Positions 9,169 to 17,770 of a stretch of 64,000 nucleotides of DNA are shown here, one piece after another. Every line of letters begins with the position of its first letter. Within the stretch, counting starts at the first letter, position 1. Below the pieces are notes generated by a model, which saw nothing but the letters and a program-made list of their open reading frames with translations, made no database searches and was not told the origin of the DNA. Source of the DNA: Candidatus Nomurabacteria bacterium (GTDB taxonomy: Bacteria > Patescibacteriota > Minisyncoccia > Phycocordibacterales > CAIZLB01); contig CALRFG010000001.1 of NCBI GenBank assembly GCA_943356525.1, positions 75,919 to 139,918 on the forward strand, read 5' to 3'. The position numbers and the translations under genes are program-made.

Positions 9169-9828
9169 ATGGAAAACAATACACTATACATATACATAGA
9201 TGAATCTGGAAATACTGGTTTTAAAATAAACGAGCCTTATTTTGTAATATGTGCACTGATGTTAAATAGGGGTGATTTTAATTCAATTAAAAATATCGTT
9301 AAAAGGACAATAGCCGAGATCAGTTGTTATAGAGAGATTGAGGAATTGCACGCAAATGAAATGTCTTTTGAGGAAAAAGTTGAGGTATTTAATCATTTAA
9401 ATAAAACAAAGTTTAAAATATCTTACATGGTTGTAAATAAAGATGTTATAGATAAAAGTTTTTACAAAAAGAAAAACATCTATTTTAACTATATGATTTA
9501 TTTAATGCTACATAAGGTATTAAAAGAGGGAGAAAATAAAGAAGTATATATAACTATAGACAATAGGAATATAAGAATAACCGCTGAAGATTCCTTACAG
9601 GAGTATCTTAATATTGAACTTATAAGGAACAAATTATATAATAAAAATATATCTGTTAAATATACCGACTCAGAAAAGAATAAATATTTACAAGTGGTAG
9701 ATTTGTTTGCAAATGCTGTTTATGCTAAATATAATTTTGGTAAAAATTATTTTTATAACCAAATTATAGAAAGAATTGTTGATATAACTTTCTATCCTGA
9801 AAAGTTTGACATAAATAATGGTTTATAA
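9169..9828 (+). CDS. DUF3800-family protein.
   Basis: The N-terminal YIYIDESGNTG motif is characteristic of DUF3800, and the length is 219 aa. The function of the family is unknown. Confidence 0.6.
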   Translation: MENNTLYIYIDESGNTGFKINEPYFVICALMLNRGDFNSIKNIVKRTIAEISCYREIEELHANEMSFEEKVEVFNHLNKTKFKISYMVVNKDVIDKSFYKKKNIYFNYMIYLMLHKVLKEGENKEVYITIDNRNIRITAEDSLQEYLNIELIRNKLYNKNISVKYTDSEKNKYLQVVDLFANAVYAKYNFGKNYFYNQIIERIVDITFYPEKFDINNGL

Positions 9829-9909
9829 TAATATATTAAACAAGGTAAGTCTTTTAGATACGCCTCAACAGGTAAGTGTGCTGTGTGTACATCGCCTAAA
9901 AGCACTGTG

Positions 9910-9937
9910 AAAACACCCTGAGGGGTGTTTTCGTTTT
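9910..9937 (+). terminator. Hairpin plus T-run terminator (aaaacaccctgaggggtgttttcgtttt).
   Basis: An 8-bp stem ACACCC(T)/GGGTGT is followed by a T-rich tract. It sits about 80 nt downstream of the DUF3800 gene. Confidence 0.55.
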
Positions 9938-9954
9938 ATTGTTTAAGGTTAAAA

Positions 9955-9981
9955 CTTGATATCACAATTTGTGATATCAAG
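9955..9981. repeat. Palindromic element B (cttgataTCACAATTTGTGAtatcaag).
   Basis: It is a perfect 12-bp inverted repeat with the same core and loop as element A. The stem differs at two paired positions (AG..CT versus TA..TA), which is a compensatory pattern. Confidence 0.6.
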
Positions 9982-10041
9982 ATTGGATATAAAAAAATTC
10001 CCCAAGGACCGAAGTGGTCCGAGAGGAATGTTGGAACGTTA

Positions 10042-10371
10042 CTACTTGAAGTCTAATTCAAGGTCGAGTCCGCTAAGAATGGCTTTCAATGCAACTATTT
10101 TTTTTGGACCTATGTTGCGATACTGCAGCATTTCACGCTCTGTTTTTAACGCAATCTGGAATACATAAATAATATTTGCATATATACATGCATCAATTGC
10201 TGAGTTTGCAAGTGGGATAGATTGCACCCAACCTTGATGCCTTAAATTTGTATGTATATTTAGTAGCAAATTTTCAGCCTGATGTCTTTTTACATCCTCT
10301 CCAGATTCTCTTTCAATGTTATACATGCTTTTGATTATTTTTCGGAATGTATTATCTAATAAATCGTTCAT
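10042..10371 (-). CDS. Hypothetical protein of 109 aa.
   Basis: It is a clean ORF, divergent from the downstream regulator gene, with no recognisable motif. It is preferred over the overlapping 70-aa plus-strand ORF, which has poor composition. Confidence 0.4.
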   Translation of the reverse strand: MNDLLDNTFRKIIKSMYNIERESGEDVKRHQAENLLLNIHTNLRHQGWVQSIPLANSAIDACIYANIIYVFQIALKTEREMLQYRNIGPKKIVALKAILSGLDLELDFK

Positions 10372-10504
10372 CTCTTTTTGTGTTGTTTTGGTGCTGAGGT
10401 TTTTTGCGACTATCGCTTATCTAACCTTGCAATCAGTATACATCCATGTCATAATAATATATACCGTTCGCCGAAACACGAATAATATTATAATATATAC
10501 ATAT

Positions 10505-11299
10505 ATGACAAATAATCCTTTAAATATAGATCAAATCTGCGACGTTTTAGACATCAAAACCACCACAAAACGCATACTTTTATTACTTATAGAGAAGAAT
10601 AACCTTTCGGTGGCAGATATTTCCTCAGAATTAAAGATACCGAAATCATCAATATATGACTCATTAAATGAGTTAATTGAAAAAAGTATAGTTATCGAAT
10701 ACATGGAAGGACGTTCAAAAACCTTTGGTATTTCTGACTTATCTCAACTTGAGTCGATATATAAGAAGAAAATAGATAGTTTGGAAACCGCTCATAAATC
10801 ATTCATTTCATATATTCAAGAAAATTTACATAAAAAAGATGAAAAAGTGGGATTATCTCGTCCCAGAATAAAGTTTTATTATGGTGTAGAAGGTATGAGA
10901 CAGGCTTTCAGAGATACTTCTTGGGTAGGAGAGCACAAAGAGACATATCTTATGTGGCCTATGGTTGAAATGGTAAATTTGTTAGGTGAAGATTTTCTTA
11001 TACATCATGGAAAATCAAGGTTTAATCATGATGTTTTAATGAAAGCTATACAAAAGCACACTGATAAAGAAAATGTACCGGAATCATTTCGCTGGAAAAA
11101 TCATGACGATGAAGGGAAAATGACTCAAATAAGATATGCACCAAAAAACATGGATTGGTCTATAAGTTATTGGATATATGGAGATCAAGTACTTTTTGCT
11201 GGATCTGGGTATGAAAAATACGCATTTGTTGTTTATAGTCGAGAGTTTGCTCAACTAATGAAGCTTATGTGGCAGCAGGTTTGGAGTGTAAGTGAGTAA
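10505..11299 (+). CDS. TrmB-like winged-helix transcriptional regulator (N-terminal HTH plus a C-terminal domain).
   Basis: The internal start [63 protein letters not shown] is a classic TrmB/MarR-type wHTH. The 63-aa N-terminal extension in the track is low-complexity and was discarded. Confidence 0.55.
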   Translation: MTNNPLNIDQICDVLDIKTTTKRILLLLIEKNNLSVADISSELKIPKSSIYDSLNELIEKSIVIEYMEGRSKTFGISDLSQLESIYKKKIDSLETAHKSFISYIQENLHKKDEKVGLSRPRIKFYYGVEGMRQAFRDTSWVGEHKETYLMWPMVEMVNLLGEDFLIHHGKSRFNHDVLMKAIQKHTDKENVPESFRWKNHDDEGKMTQIRYAPKNMDWSISYWIYGDQVLFAGSGYEKYAFVVYSREFAQLMKLMWQQVWSVSE

Positions 11300-11358
11300 T
11301 AATTGAAATCTCTATAAACTTCTTGCAAAATCCCCCAAAATATAGTACATTACTGCTC

Positions 11359-11781
11359 ATGCCCACATTAAATCAATTAGTTAAATCAAATCGTTCAAAG
11401 GCAAAAAAGAAAAGTAAAGCTATCGCTCTTACTCGTGGTTTTAACAGTATTTTAAATAAACCAATCTTTTATGATTCACCACAAAAAAGAGGTGTATGTG
11501 TAAAAGTTACAACAAAAACTCCAAAGAAACCTAACTCAGCTGTTCGTAAGATCGCTCGTGTTAGACTAACAAATGGTTTTGAAGTAACAGCGTATATCGG
11601 AGGTGAAGGACATAACTTACAAGAGCACTCTGTAGTATTACTACGTGGTGGTCGTGTGAAAGATGTTGGTATTAGATATACAGTTATCCGCGGTAAACTA
11701 GACTGTGCCGGCGTTGCAAAAAGACGAAAAGGACGTTCTATGTATGGTAACAAGAGACCGAAAGTAGCAGCAGCTAAATAA
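11359..11781 (+). CDS. rpsL: 30S ribosomal protein S12.
   Basis: The protein MPTLNQLVK...[10 protein letters not shown]...LLRGGRVKD is near-identical to the bacterial S12 consensus. The start was reset to the ATG at 11359. Confidence 0.95.
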   Translation: MPTLNQLVKSNRSKAKKKSKAIALTRGFNSILNKPIFYDSPQKRGVCVKVTTKTPKKPNSAVRKIARVRLTNGFEVTAYIGGEGHNLQEHSVVLLRGGRVKDVGIRYTVIRGKLDCAGVAKRRKGRSMYGNKRPKVAAAK

Positions 11782-11897
11782 TCTTTGAACGAGATCATTT
11801 AAAAAATCCAGTTGGAGTACTCAGTAATGAGGAATAAAAACTTACAACAATTGGTAAATTTATAAAAATAAATTATTAAACAAATTAAAATAAAAAT

Positions 11898-12368
11898 ATG
11901 AGAAGAAAAGTAAAAAATCGAAATGTAGCTGGAGTAGATCCACGTTATGATTCACTAACACTTGGTAAATTTATCAACTACGTTATGTGGGATGGTAAAA
12001 AATCTACAGCAAGAACTGTCGTGTATGACATGCTTGATGTTTTGAAAGAAAAATCAGGAAATGAAAATCCAATAGAAGTTTTTGATACTGCTATAAAAAA
12101 TGTATCACCTCAAGTTGAAGTTAGGTCCCGTAGAGTTGGTGGTGCAAACTATCAGGTTCCTTATGAGATCAGACAAGACAGAAGAACTTTCTTAGCTATG
12201 AACTGGATCATCGGTGCAGCTCGTTCTAAAAAAGGAAAGCCTATGCACTTAAAATTGTCAGACGAGATATTGGCTGCAATGAAAGGTGAAGGTGAGGCTA
12301 TGAAGAAAAGAGAGAATACTCACAAGATGGCTGAGGCTAACAAAGCCTTCGCACACATGGCTTGGTAA
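11898..12368 (+). CDS. rpsG: 30S ribosomal protein S7.
   Basis: The sequence MRRKVKNRNV...GGANYQVPYEIRQDRR...MAW matches S7. Confidence 0.95.
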   Translation: MRRKVKNRNVAGVDPRYDSLTLGKFINYVMWDGKKSTARTVVYDMLDVLKEKSGNENPIEVFDTAIKNVSPQVEVRSRRVGGANYQVPYEIRQDRRTFLAMNWIIGAARSKKGKPMHLKLSDEILAAMKGEGEAMKKRENTHKMAEANKAFAHMAW

Positions 12369-12393
12369 GATCGTGTTTTTATAGATAGATGAA

Positions 12394-12420
12394 AGACTCC
12401 AGAGATGGAGTTTTTTGTTT
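12394..12420 (+). terminator. Terminator after rpsG.
   Basis: The hairpin actccagagatggagt is followed by ttttttgtttt. Confidence 0.6.
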
Positions 12421-12430
12421 TGGCTTCTTA

Positions 12431-12458
12431 TTGACAACTACTATCTATAGTATATACT
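12431..12458 (+). promoter_or_regulatory. Candidate sigma70-type promoter for the toxin-antitoxin pair.
   Basis: TTGACA is followed by a 16-nt spacer and then TATACT, about 25 nt upstream of the likely antitoxin start. Confidence 0.4.
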
Positions 12459-12479
12459 TTGGATATGAATACAAAAACA

Positions 12480-12740
12480 ATGATGAATATAAAAATAGAT
12501 AAAGATTTAAAATCAAAAGCTGCAAAGTTGGCAGATGATATGGGTTTTAATTTATCATCTGTTATATCAGGCATGCTTAGAAATTTTGTTATTACTAGAG
12601 AGTTAAGTATTACTACAGCACCTCGTATGACACCTTATCTAGAAGGGGTTATCCGTGAGGTTATGAAAGAAAAAAAGAATGAACAATCACCTAAGTTTAA
12701 AAATTCTAAAGATGCTATATCGTGGCTAGACGCTCAATAA
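12480..12740 (+). CDS. dinJ: Type II antitoxin of the RelB/DinJ family.
   Basis: The sequence MMNIKIDKDLKSKAAKLADDMGFNLSSVISGMLRNFV aligns with the DinJ N-terminus (RIDEDLK...GLTISD...). The start is ambiguous: the track uses a TTG at 12459, and ATGs at 12465, 12480 and 12483 are all possible. Confidence 0.7.
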   Translation: MMNIKIDKDLKSKAAKLADDMGFNLSSVISGMLRNFVITRELSITTAPRMTPYLEGVIREVMKEKKNEQSPKFKNSKDAISWLDAQ

Positions 12741-12743
12741 TAT

Positions 12744-13004
12744 ATGGAGATAATTTACAGTAAATACTTTGTAAAACAGTATAAAAAATTACCAAAAGAT
12801 GTACAAAATAAGTTTAAAAAAAGACTTGATGTTTTTCAAAATGATAATCAAAACAGTATATTAAATACACATGGACTTAGGGGAGTGTATGCTGGAAAAT
12901 ATAGTTTTAATGTAACAGCAGACTATAGGGTTATATTTGCGTATACGGAGGAAGGGGTAGCTATGCTTATTGATATCGGTACACATTCTAAACTGTATTC
13001 CTAA
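12744..13004 (+). CDS. yafQ: Type II toxin of the YafQ/RelE-ParE family (mRNA interferase).
   Basis: The 86-aa protein starts MEIIYSKYFVKQYKKLPKDVQNKF and ends in a ...HSKLY-like tail. It lies 4 nt downstream of the DinJ-like gene, which is the canonical antitoxin-then-toxin order. Confidence 0.7.
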   Translation: MEIIYSKYFVKQYKKLPKDVQNKFKKRLDVFQNDNQNSILNTHGLRGVYAGKYSFNVTADYRVIFAYTEEGVAMLIDIGTHSKLYS

Positions 13005-13028
13005 ATCTTTTCATGCTATAAATTACCC

Positions 13029-13988
13029 ATGAAGATCTCCCAAGACAAACCTTTGGATCCATCATACACCGTAATACTATTTTACAAATACACTCCAATA
13101 AAAGAATTGGACCGTTGTTTGAATTGGCAAAGAGGTATATGTCGAAAATATAATCTTACAGGGAGAGTTCGTTTAGCATCAGAGGGAATCAATGCAACAC
13201 TTGAAGGAAAGAATGAAGATATAGAAAAATATATAAATGAGATAAGAACAGATCTAAAATATCACGATCTTCACGACGTAGAAATAAAAACATCTGTCGG
13301 TACAGGTTTTGCATTTCAAAAACTTTCTGTAAAGATTGTAAGTGAGATAGTAAAGCTTGGTTTAGGTACAGAAGATGTAGATCCAAATCAATTAACAGGA
13401 GTTCATCTAAAACCATCAGAGTTAAGAGAGTGGTATGAAAATAATGATGACTTTGTGGTGATAGATATGAGAAATGATTATGAGTTTAGAGTTGGGCATT
13501 TTAAAAATTCTATCAATCCACCAATAACAAACTTTAGAGAGATTGCAGATGTGTTACCTGATATTGTTGCTGAGAATCCGGGTATAGAAAATAAAAAAGT
13601 TATAACTGTATGTACAGGAGGTGTGCGTTGTGAAAAAGCATCAGGGTATTTATTAAAACAAGGTTTTAAAGATGTGTATCAATTAGATGGAGGTATGCAT
13701 AAATATATGGAGGAGTTTCCAGGGAAAGATTTTCGAGGTGGTTTGTTTACATTTGATAATAGGGTGGTGATGGATTTTACAAAAGATAGAGAGGTGATCG
13801 GGGTGTGTGATATGTGTAATGAAAAGACTGAGAGGTTTGATAATTGTATCAATGATGAATGTCATGTGCATATGATGGTGTGTCAGGGTTGTCGAGATAC
13901 GAATAAGTTTATATGGTGTTCTGATAAATGTCGTGAGACAGGGAGGGTTGGGAAGGTGAGGTTTCGGGATATGGCAGAGCTTTTATAA
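13029..13988 (+). CDS. trhO: Rhodanese-domain tRNA uridine(34) hydroxylase of the TrhO/YceA family, with a Cys-rich C-terminal extension.
   Basis: The UPF0176 signature ILFYKYTPI...GRVRLASEGINATLEG is present, a rhodanese active-site Cys lies in CTGGVRCEKA, and a C-terminal CxxC cluster is present. Confidence 0.75.
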   Translation: MKISQDKPLDPSYTVILFYKYTPIKELDRCLNWQRGICRKYNLTGRVRLASEGINATLEGKNEDIEKYINEIRTDLKYHDLHDVEIKTSVGTGFAFQKLSVKIVSEIVKLGLGTEDVDPNQLTGVHLKPSELREWYENNDDFVVIDMRNDYEFRVGHFKNSINPPITNFREIADVLPDIVAENPGIENKKVITVCTGGVRCEKASGYLLKQGFKDVYQLDGGMHKYMEEFPGKDFRGGLFTFDNRVVMDFTKDREVIGVCDMCNEKTERFDNCINDECHVHMMVCQGCRDTNKFIWCSDKCRETGRVGKVRFRDMAELL

Positions 13989-14136
13989 GCTTAAAAGACA
14001 CTAAAACCCCCTAGAAATCCCCATCAATCCATGCTATAGTTCATGGACAAGTTTTGATTTTCGCGTAAACATAACAAACTCGCGATTCTCAACCTTTTAT
14101 TAAAAATAAAACAAATATAAACAACACACAAATTTT

Positions 14137-16281
14137 ATGTCACGTGATTATTCATTAGAAAAAACAAGAAACTTCGGTATCATCGCTCACATCGATGCAG
14201 GTAAAACAACAACATCAGAACGTATCCTGTACTACACAGGTATGTCACACAAGATTGGTGAAGTTCACGAAGGTGAAGCTGTAACTGACTGGATGGAGCA
14301 AGAGAAAGAAAGAGGTATTACTATTACAGCCGCTGCTATTACTTGTTTTTGGAACCCTACTTACATGGGAACTGATAAATCACAAATGCATAGATTCAAT
14401 ATCATCGATACACCGGGTCACGTAGACTTTACTGTGGAAGTGGAAAGATCTCTAAAAGTTCTTGATGGTGCCGTTACTGTGTTTGACGGTGTAGCTGGAG
14501 TAGAGCCACAATCAGAAACTGTGTGGAGACAAGCTGATAAATATCACGTGCCTCGTATTTGTTTTATTAACAAACTAGATAGAACTGGTGGATCATTTGA
14601 AAAATCATTTAAATCAATCACAGACAGACTTACAAAAAATGCAGTTCGTATGCAAATCCCTATGGGAGAAGAAGAGAACATGAAAGGTGTTATCGATCTT
14701 TTAAAAATGAAATCATATACATTTGAAGGAGAAATGGGTAGTAAAGTTATCGAAGCTGATATTCCTGCTGAGTATATGGCTGAGGCTACTAAGTTTAGAG
14801 CAGAGCTTGTTGAAGCTGCTGCATCACAAGATGACGACATGATGAACACATATCTTGAAGGAGGAGAGTTCACTATCGAGCAATTAAAATTTGCTATAAG
14901 AAAAGGAACATTAGCAAACAAACTATTTCCAGTATTTACAGGAACAGCTTTAAAAAATAAAGGTGTACAACTTATCCTCGATGCTGTTATAGAATTTTTA
15001 CCTTCACCGCTTGATATTCCACCAGTTAAAGGAACAAACCCAGAGACAGGTGAAGAAATGATAAGAGAGGCGTCTGACACAGCTCCTTTCTCAGCACTTG
15101 CTTTCAAATTACAAACTGATCCATTCGTAGGACAATTAACATTCTTTAGAGTGTATTCAGGTACTATTGAAGCTGGTTCGTATATTTACAACTCAACAAC
15201 TGGAAATAAAGAGAGACTTGGACGTATTGTTAGACTACAAGCAAATAAAAGAGAAGAGATTACAAAAGTATATGCAGGAGAGATTGCTGCAGCTGTAGGT
15301 TTGAAAGAAGCACTTACATCACATACTTTCTGTGATATTGATAACCCAATTATCCTAGAACCTATTGTTTTTGCAGAGCCTGTTGTGTCGCTTTCTATCG
15401 AACCTAAAACAAAAGCTGATCAAGAGAAAATGGGTATGGCGCTTAGAAAACTAGGAAATGAAGATCCAACTTTCCGTGTTACTTCAAATCCAGAAACAGG
15501 ACAAACACTTATTGCTGGTATGGGTGAGCTACACTTAGAGATCATGATTGATCGTATGAAAAGAGAGTTCGGTGTAGAAGCAAATGTTGGAGCACCTCAA
15601 GTTGCATATAGAGAAACTATTACAGCTGAAGTTAAAGATATTGATTACAAATATGCTAAACAATCAGGAGGTAAAGGACAATATGGACATGTTCGTATTA
15701 ACCTTAAGCCATTGGTTGAGGCAGAGCCTGGTACGAAACTTCCAAAAAATGTTCACCGAGAGCCTGGATATGAGTTTATTGATTCTATCAAAGGAGGTGT
15801 TATTCCCGGAGAATTTATCCCTGCTGTACAGAAAGGTGTTAAAGAAGCGATGGATCGCGGTATTGTTGCTGGATTTCCACTTACAGGTGTATCATGTGAA
15901 CTTACTTTTGGATCGTCTCATGATGTTGACTCATCTGAGATCGCCTACAAGATCGCAGCTTCACAAGCATTCCAGGAGGGTGCAAAGAAAGCTAGACCAG
16001 TTATCATGGAACCTATTATGCGTGTAGAGGTTGTTGTTCCTGAGAAGTTCATGGGTGACGTTACAGGATCACTTTCATCAAAGAGAGGTCAAATAGAAGG
16101 AATGGAAGATAGGGGATTAAATAAAGCTATAAAAGCTCTTGTACCACTTTCAGAGATGTTTGGTTACACTACACAGCTAAGATCTATGACAGAAGGTCGT
16201 GGATCAAATACTATGGAGTTTGCTAAATACGAAGCTGTACCGCCAAATGTAGAAAAACAAATAGTTGACGCAAGGAAATAA
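14137..16281 (+). CDS. fusA: Elongation factor G.
   Basis: The G-domain [23 protein letters not shown] and NKLD motifs are present and the length is 714 aa. Confidence 0.97.
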   Translation: MSRDYSLEKTRNFGIIAHIDAGKTTTSERILYYTGMSHKIGEVHEGEAVTDWMEQEKERGITITAAAITCFWNPTYMGTDKSQMHRFNIIDTPGHVDFTVEVERSLKVLDGAVTVFDGVAGVEPQSETVWRQADKYHVPRICFINKLDRTGGSFEKSFKSITDRLTKNAVRMQIPMGEEENMKGVIDLLKMKSYTFEGEMGSKVIEADIPAEYMAEATKFRAELVEAAASQDDDMMNTYLEGGEFTIEQLKFAIRKGTLANKLFPVFTGTALKNKGVQLILDAVIEFLPSPLDIPPVKGTNPETGEEMIREASDTAPFSALAFKLQTDPFVGQLTFFRVYSGTIEAGSYIYNSTTGNKERLGRIVRLQANKREEITKVYAGEIAAAVGLKEALTSHTFCDIDNPIILEPIVFAEPVVSLSIEPKTKADQEKMGMALRKLGNEDPTFRVTSNPETGQTLIAGMGELHLEIMIDRMKREFGVEANVGAPQVAYRETITAEVKDIDYKYAKQSGGKGQYGHVRINLKPLVEAEPGTKLPKNVHREPGYEFIDSIKGGVIPGEFIPAVQKGVKEAMDRGIVAGFPLTGVSCELTFGSSHDVDSSEIAYKIAASQAFQEGAKKARPVIMEPIMRVEVVVPEKFMGDVTGSLSSKRGQIEGMEDRGLNKAIKALVPLSEMFGYTTQLRSMTEGRGSNTMEFAKYEAVPPNVEKQIVDARK

Positions 16282-16304
16282 TTAATATACTATAATAAAC
16301 CAAT

Positions 16305-16574
16305 ATGCCAATAACACAATCAGCCAAAAAAGCCCTTAGAGGTGGTGAAAAAAAGAAAGTTTTTAACTTGAGACGTAAGAAAAAAGTTGAAGATGCAGTT
16401 AAATCTGTTAAAAAGCTTGTAAAAGAAGGTAAGGCTAAAGAAGCTAACGCTCTTTTACCACAAGCTTTTTCAGCGCTTGATAAAGCAGCTAAAGGTAACA
16501 CTATCAAAGCCAATACAGCATCAAGAAAGAAATCAAGGTTGAATGCTATGGTTAAGAAGGCGACTTTGAAATAA
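16305..16574 (+). CDS. rpsT: 30S ribosomal protein S20.
   Basis: MPITQSAKKALRGGEKKK... is Lys/Ala-rich and 89 aa long, typical of S20. Confidence 0.85.
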   Translation: MPITQSAKKALRGGEKKKVFNLRRKKKVEDAVKSVKKLVKEGKAKEANALLPQAFSALDKAAKGNTIKANTASRKKSRLNAMVKKATLK

Positions 16575-16582
16575 AAAACCTC

Positions 16583-16623
16583 ATAAAAAAAACGCTATAC
16601 GAAAAGTATAGTTCTTTTTTTTA
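16583..16623. terminator. Bidirectional terminator (A-run, hairpin, T-run) between the convergent rpsT and 16643-17257 genes.
   Basis: The sequence is aaaaaaaacgctatacgaaaagtatagttctttttttt. Confidence 0.6.
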
Positions 16624-16642
16624 TTCAGGTGTATAATCAACA

Positions 16643-17257
16643 TTATCGAGCGAGTTTATTATCATCATCCACCTCAAATTTCCCGGCCGCTTCCATAATA
16701 GAATCCTTTATTTTTAAAGGATGAGGCACTTGGTCAAACAAAAACCTTTGTGCGGTTGCAGCTGTTTGTATTTCTATATCTCCAAAATTTAAATAAGATT
16801 GTACGATACCATGTATATTTACAGATATATCTTGTATTGATTCTAGGTGTAACTCCGACACTTTACGGCGAAACATACCAATTTGTAGTATATCTATAAC
16901 CCTTTCATTTGTAACTATCCATGTATCAAGAGAATACATGGTCAATTTGTAGAATAAAGCAAACCATATAATCATCAAATATATAATCGAACATAAAGTG
17001 AAGACTCCTGATAGGTTATATTGAACTAGTGTTTTTGCACTGAGTATAACAAGTACTAATGGTATAAGACTTGCAAATATTGAACCTATGATAGGACTTA
17101 ATAGTATAAACCAATGACGTCTGGTGAAAACTAGTATATTTTCTTTTTCTTTTTTACCTTCAAAATTAAGATCCGAGTGTGTTAAAAATTCAAACATACT
17201 TCTGCTTTGAGTCTTTATTTCTTCACCTGCTATATTTATAACTTCTTTGGTATTCAT
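16643..17257 (-). CDS. Membrane protein with a bacterial PH domain (bPH_2/YdbS-like).
   Basis: A short cytoplasmic N-terminus is followed by two TM helices and a C-terminal domain of about 90 aa, which is the typical bPH_2 architecture. Family assignment is by topology and loose motif match. Confidence 0.45.
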   Translation of the reverse strand: MNTKEVINIAGEEIKTQSRSMFEFLTHSDLNFEGKKEKENILVFTRRHWFILLSPIIGSIFASLIPLVLVILSAKTLVQYNLSGVFTLCSIIYLMIIWFALFYKLTMYSLDTWIVTNERVIDILQIGMFRRKVSELHLESIQDISVNIHGIVQSYLNFGDIEIQTAATAQRFLFDQVPHPLKIKDSIMEAAGKFEVDDDNKLAR

Positions 17258-17264
17258 GTTTTTA

Positions 17265-17462
17265 TTATTTAATTGCTATCAAAAGCATTACAGTCATGAT
17301 TGTTAAAAGTACTGATCCAATAATCATAGCAAAAGCTATACGGCGAGGATGTGTTCCTATACCAAAACGTATAAGGTGATATGCAAGCAGAAATATTCCG
17401 GTCCAATAACCAAATAAAAATAGTATAGTTATGATGCTAATAGCTTGAGATAGGGTAGGCAT
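17265..17462 (-). CDS. Small hydrophobic protein of 65 aa (two TM helices).
   Basis: It is a clean ORF upstream of, and co-oriented with, the PH-domain protein gene. Confidence 0.35.
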   Translation of the reverse strand: MPTLSQAISIITILFLFGYWTGIFLLAYHLIRFGIGTHPRRIAFAMIIGSVLLTIMTVMLLIAIK

Positions 17463-17525
17463 ACTTAGTATTATATCATATTAAAGAAATGTTCTTAATA
17501 TATTTATCTAGATTTAGTGCTCTTG

Positions 17526-17549
17526 TGGTGCTCCTGCTAGGAATCGAAC
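17526..17549 (-). repeat. Partial direct copy of the 3' end of tRNA-Arg(GCG), with an encoded CCA.
   Basis: A 22-nt stretch (gtgctcctgctaggaatcgaac) is an exact repeat of 17672-17693, which is the T-loop and acceptor 3' strand of the tRNA. The upstream copy carries tgg (cca on the minus strand). No complete cloverleaf could be folded around it. Confidence 0.7.
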
Positions 17550-17672
17550 TCTACGAGTTCAGTACGGGTTTCCTATTTTCTCAAAGCAAAGCTGCTCGAA
17601 TATATAGGAGAACCCTTTCGATTCCTAAAAATCCTCCGGATTTTTTTAACTTTCACATGTTGTAATAATTTG

Positions 17673-17744
17673 TGCTCCTGCTAGGAATCGAACCTAGATC
17701 TTGACTTCCGCAAAGTCATGTCCTATCCATTAAACGACGGGAGC
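17673..17744 (-). tRNA. tRNA-Arg, anticodon GCG.
   Basis: The minus-strand sequence GCTCCCG-TC-GTTT..AGGAC-A-TGACT-TTGCGGA-AGTCA-AGAT-CTAGG-TTCGATT-CCTAG-CAGGAGC-A folds as a cloverleaf with a perfect anticodon stem and anticodon GCG in the 34-36 position. There is one C-A mismatch in the acceptor stem, and G37 is present. Confidence 0.65.
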
Positions 17745-17770
17745 GTATAGACAATATACCTCAAATCGTC

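Noticed and set aside
9169-9828. I considered assigning DUF3800 to a specific defence system.
   Set aside because: I cannot recall a firmly established functional assignment for DUF3800, and there is no partner gene in the cassette, so only the family label is given.
9840-9945. I considered small SRP (4.5S) RNA.
   Set aside because: There is no GGAAGCAGCC or AGGUCAGG helix-8 consensus, only generic hairpins.
9956-10168. This is a 70-aa plus-strand ORF overlapping the 10042-10371 minus ORF.
   Set aside because: It starts inside palindrome B, is Arg/Ser-rich with poor coding character, and overlaps a better minus-strand ORF.
14544-16027. These are nested ORFs inside fusA (14544-15107 minus, 15584-16027 plus). 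Similar nested ORFs occur inside tuf (62834-63091, 63025-63534), pilB (45268-45498), glyA (8225-8437) and the pilus genes (49126-49541, 49748-50002, 50701-51273).
   Set aside because: They lie on the opposite strand or in an alternative frame inside highly conserved genes. They have skewed composition (Ser/Leu/Ile-rich) and no motifs, which is typical of spurious antisense ORFs.
17524-17760. I considered whether the duplicated tRNA 3' end with CCA plus the 130-nt spacer could be a tmRNA or an intron-containing tRNA.
   Set aside because: No 5' acceptor partner (GCTCCTG-like) and no tmRNA-like resume codon or pseudoknot region could be found. The span is far too short for tmRNA or a group I intron, and the upstream copy is already a complete tRNA.
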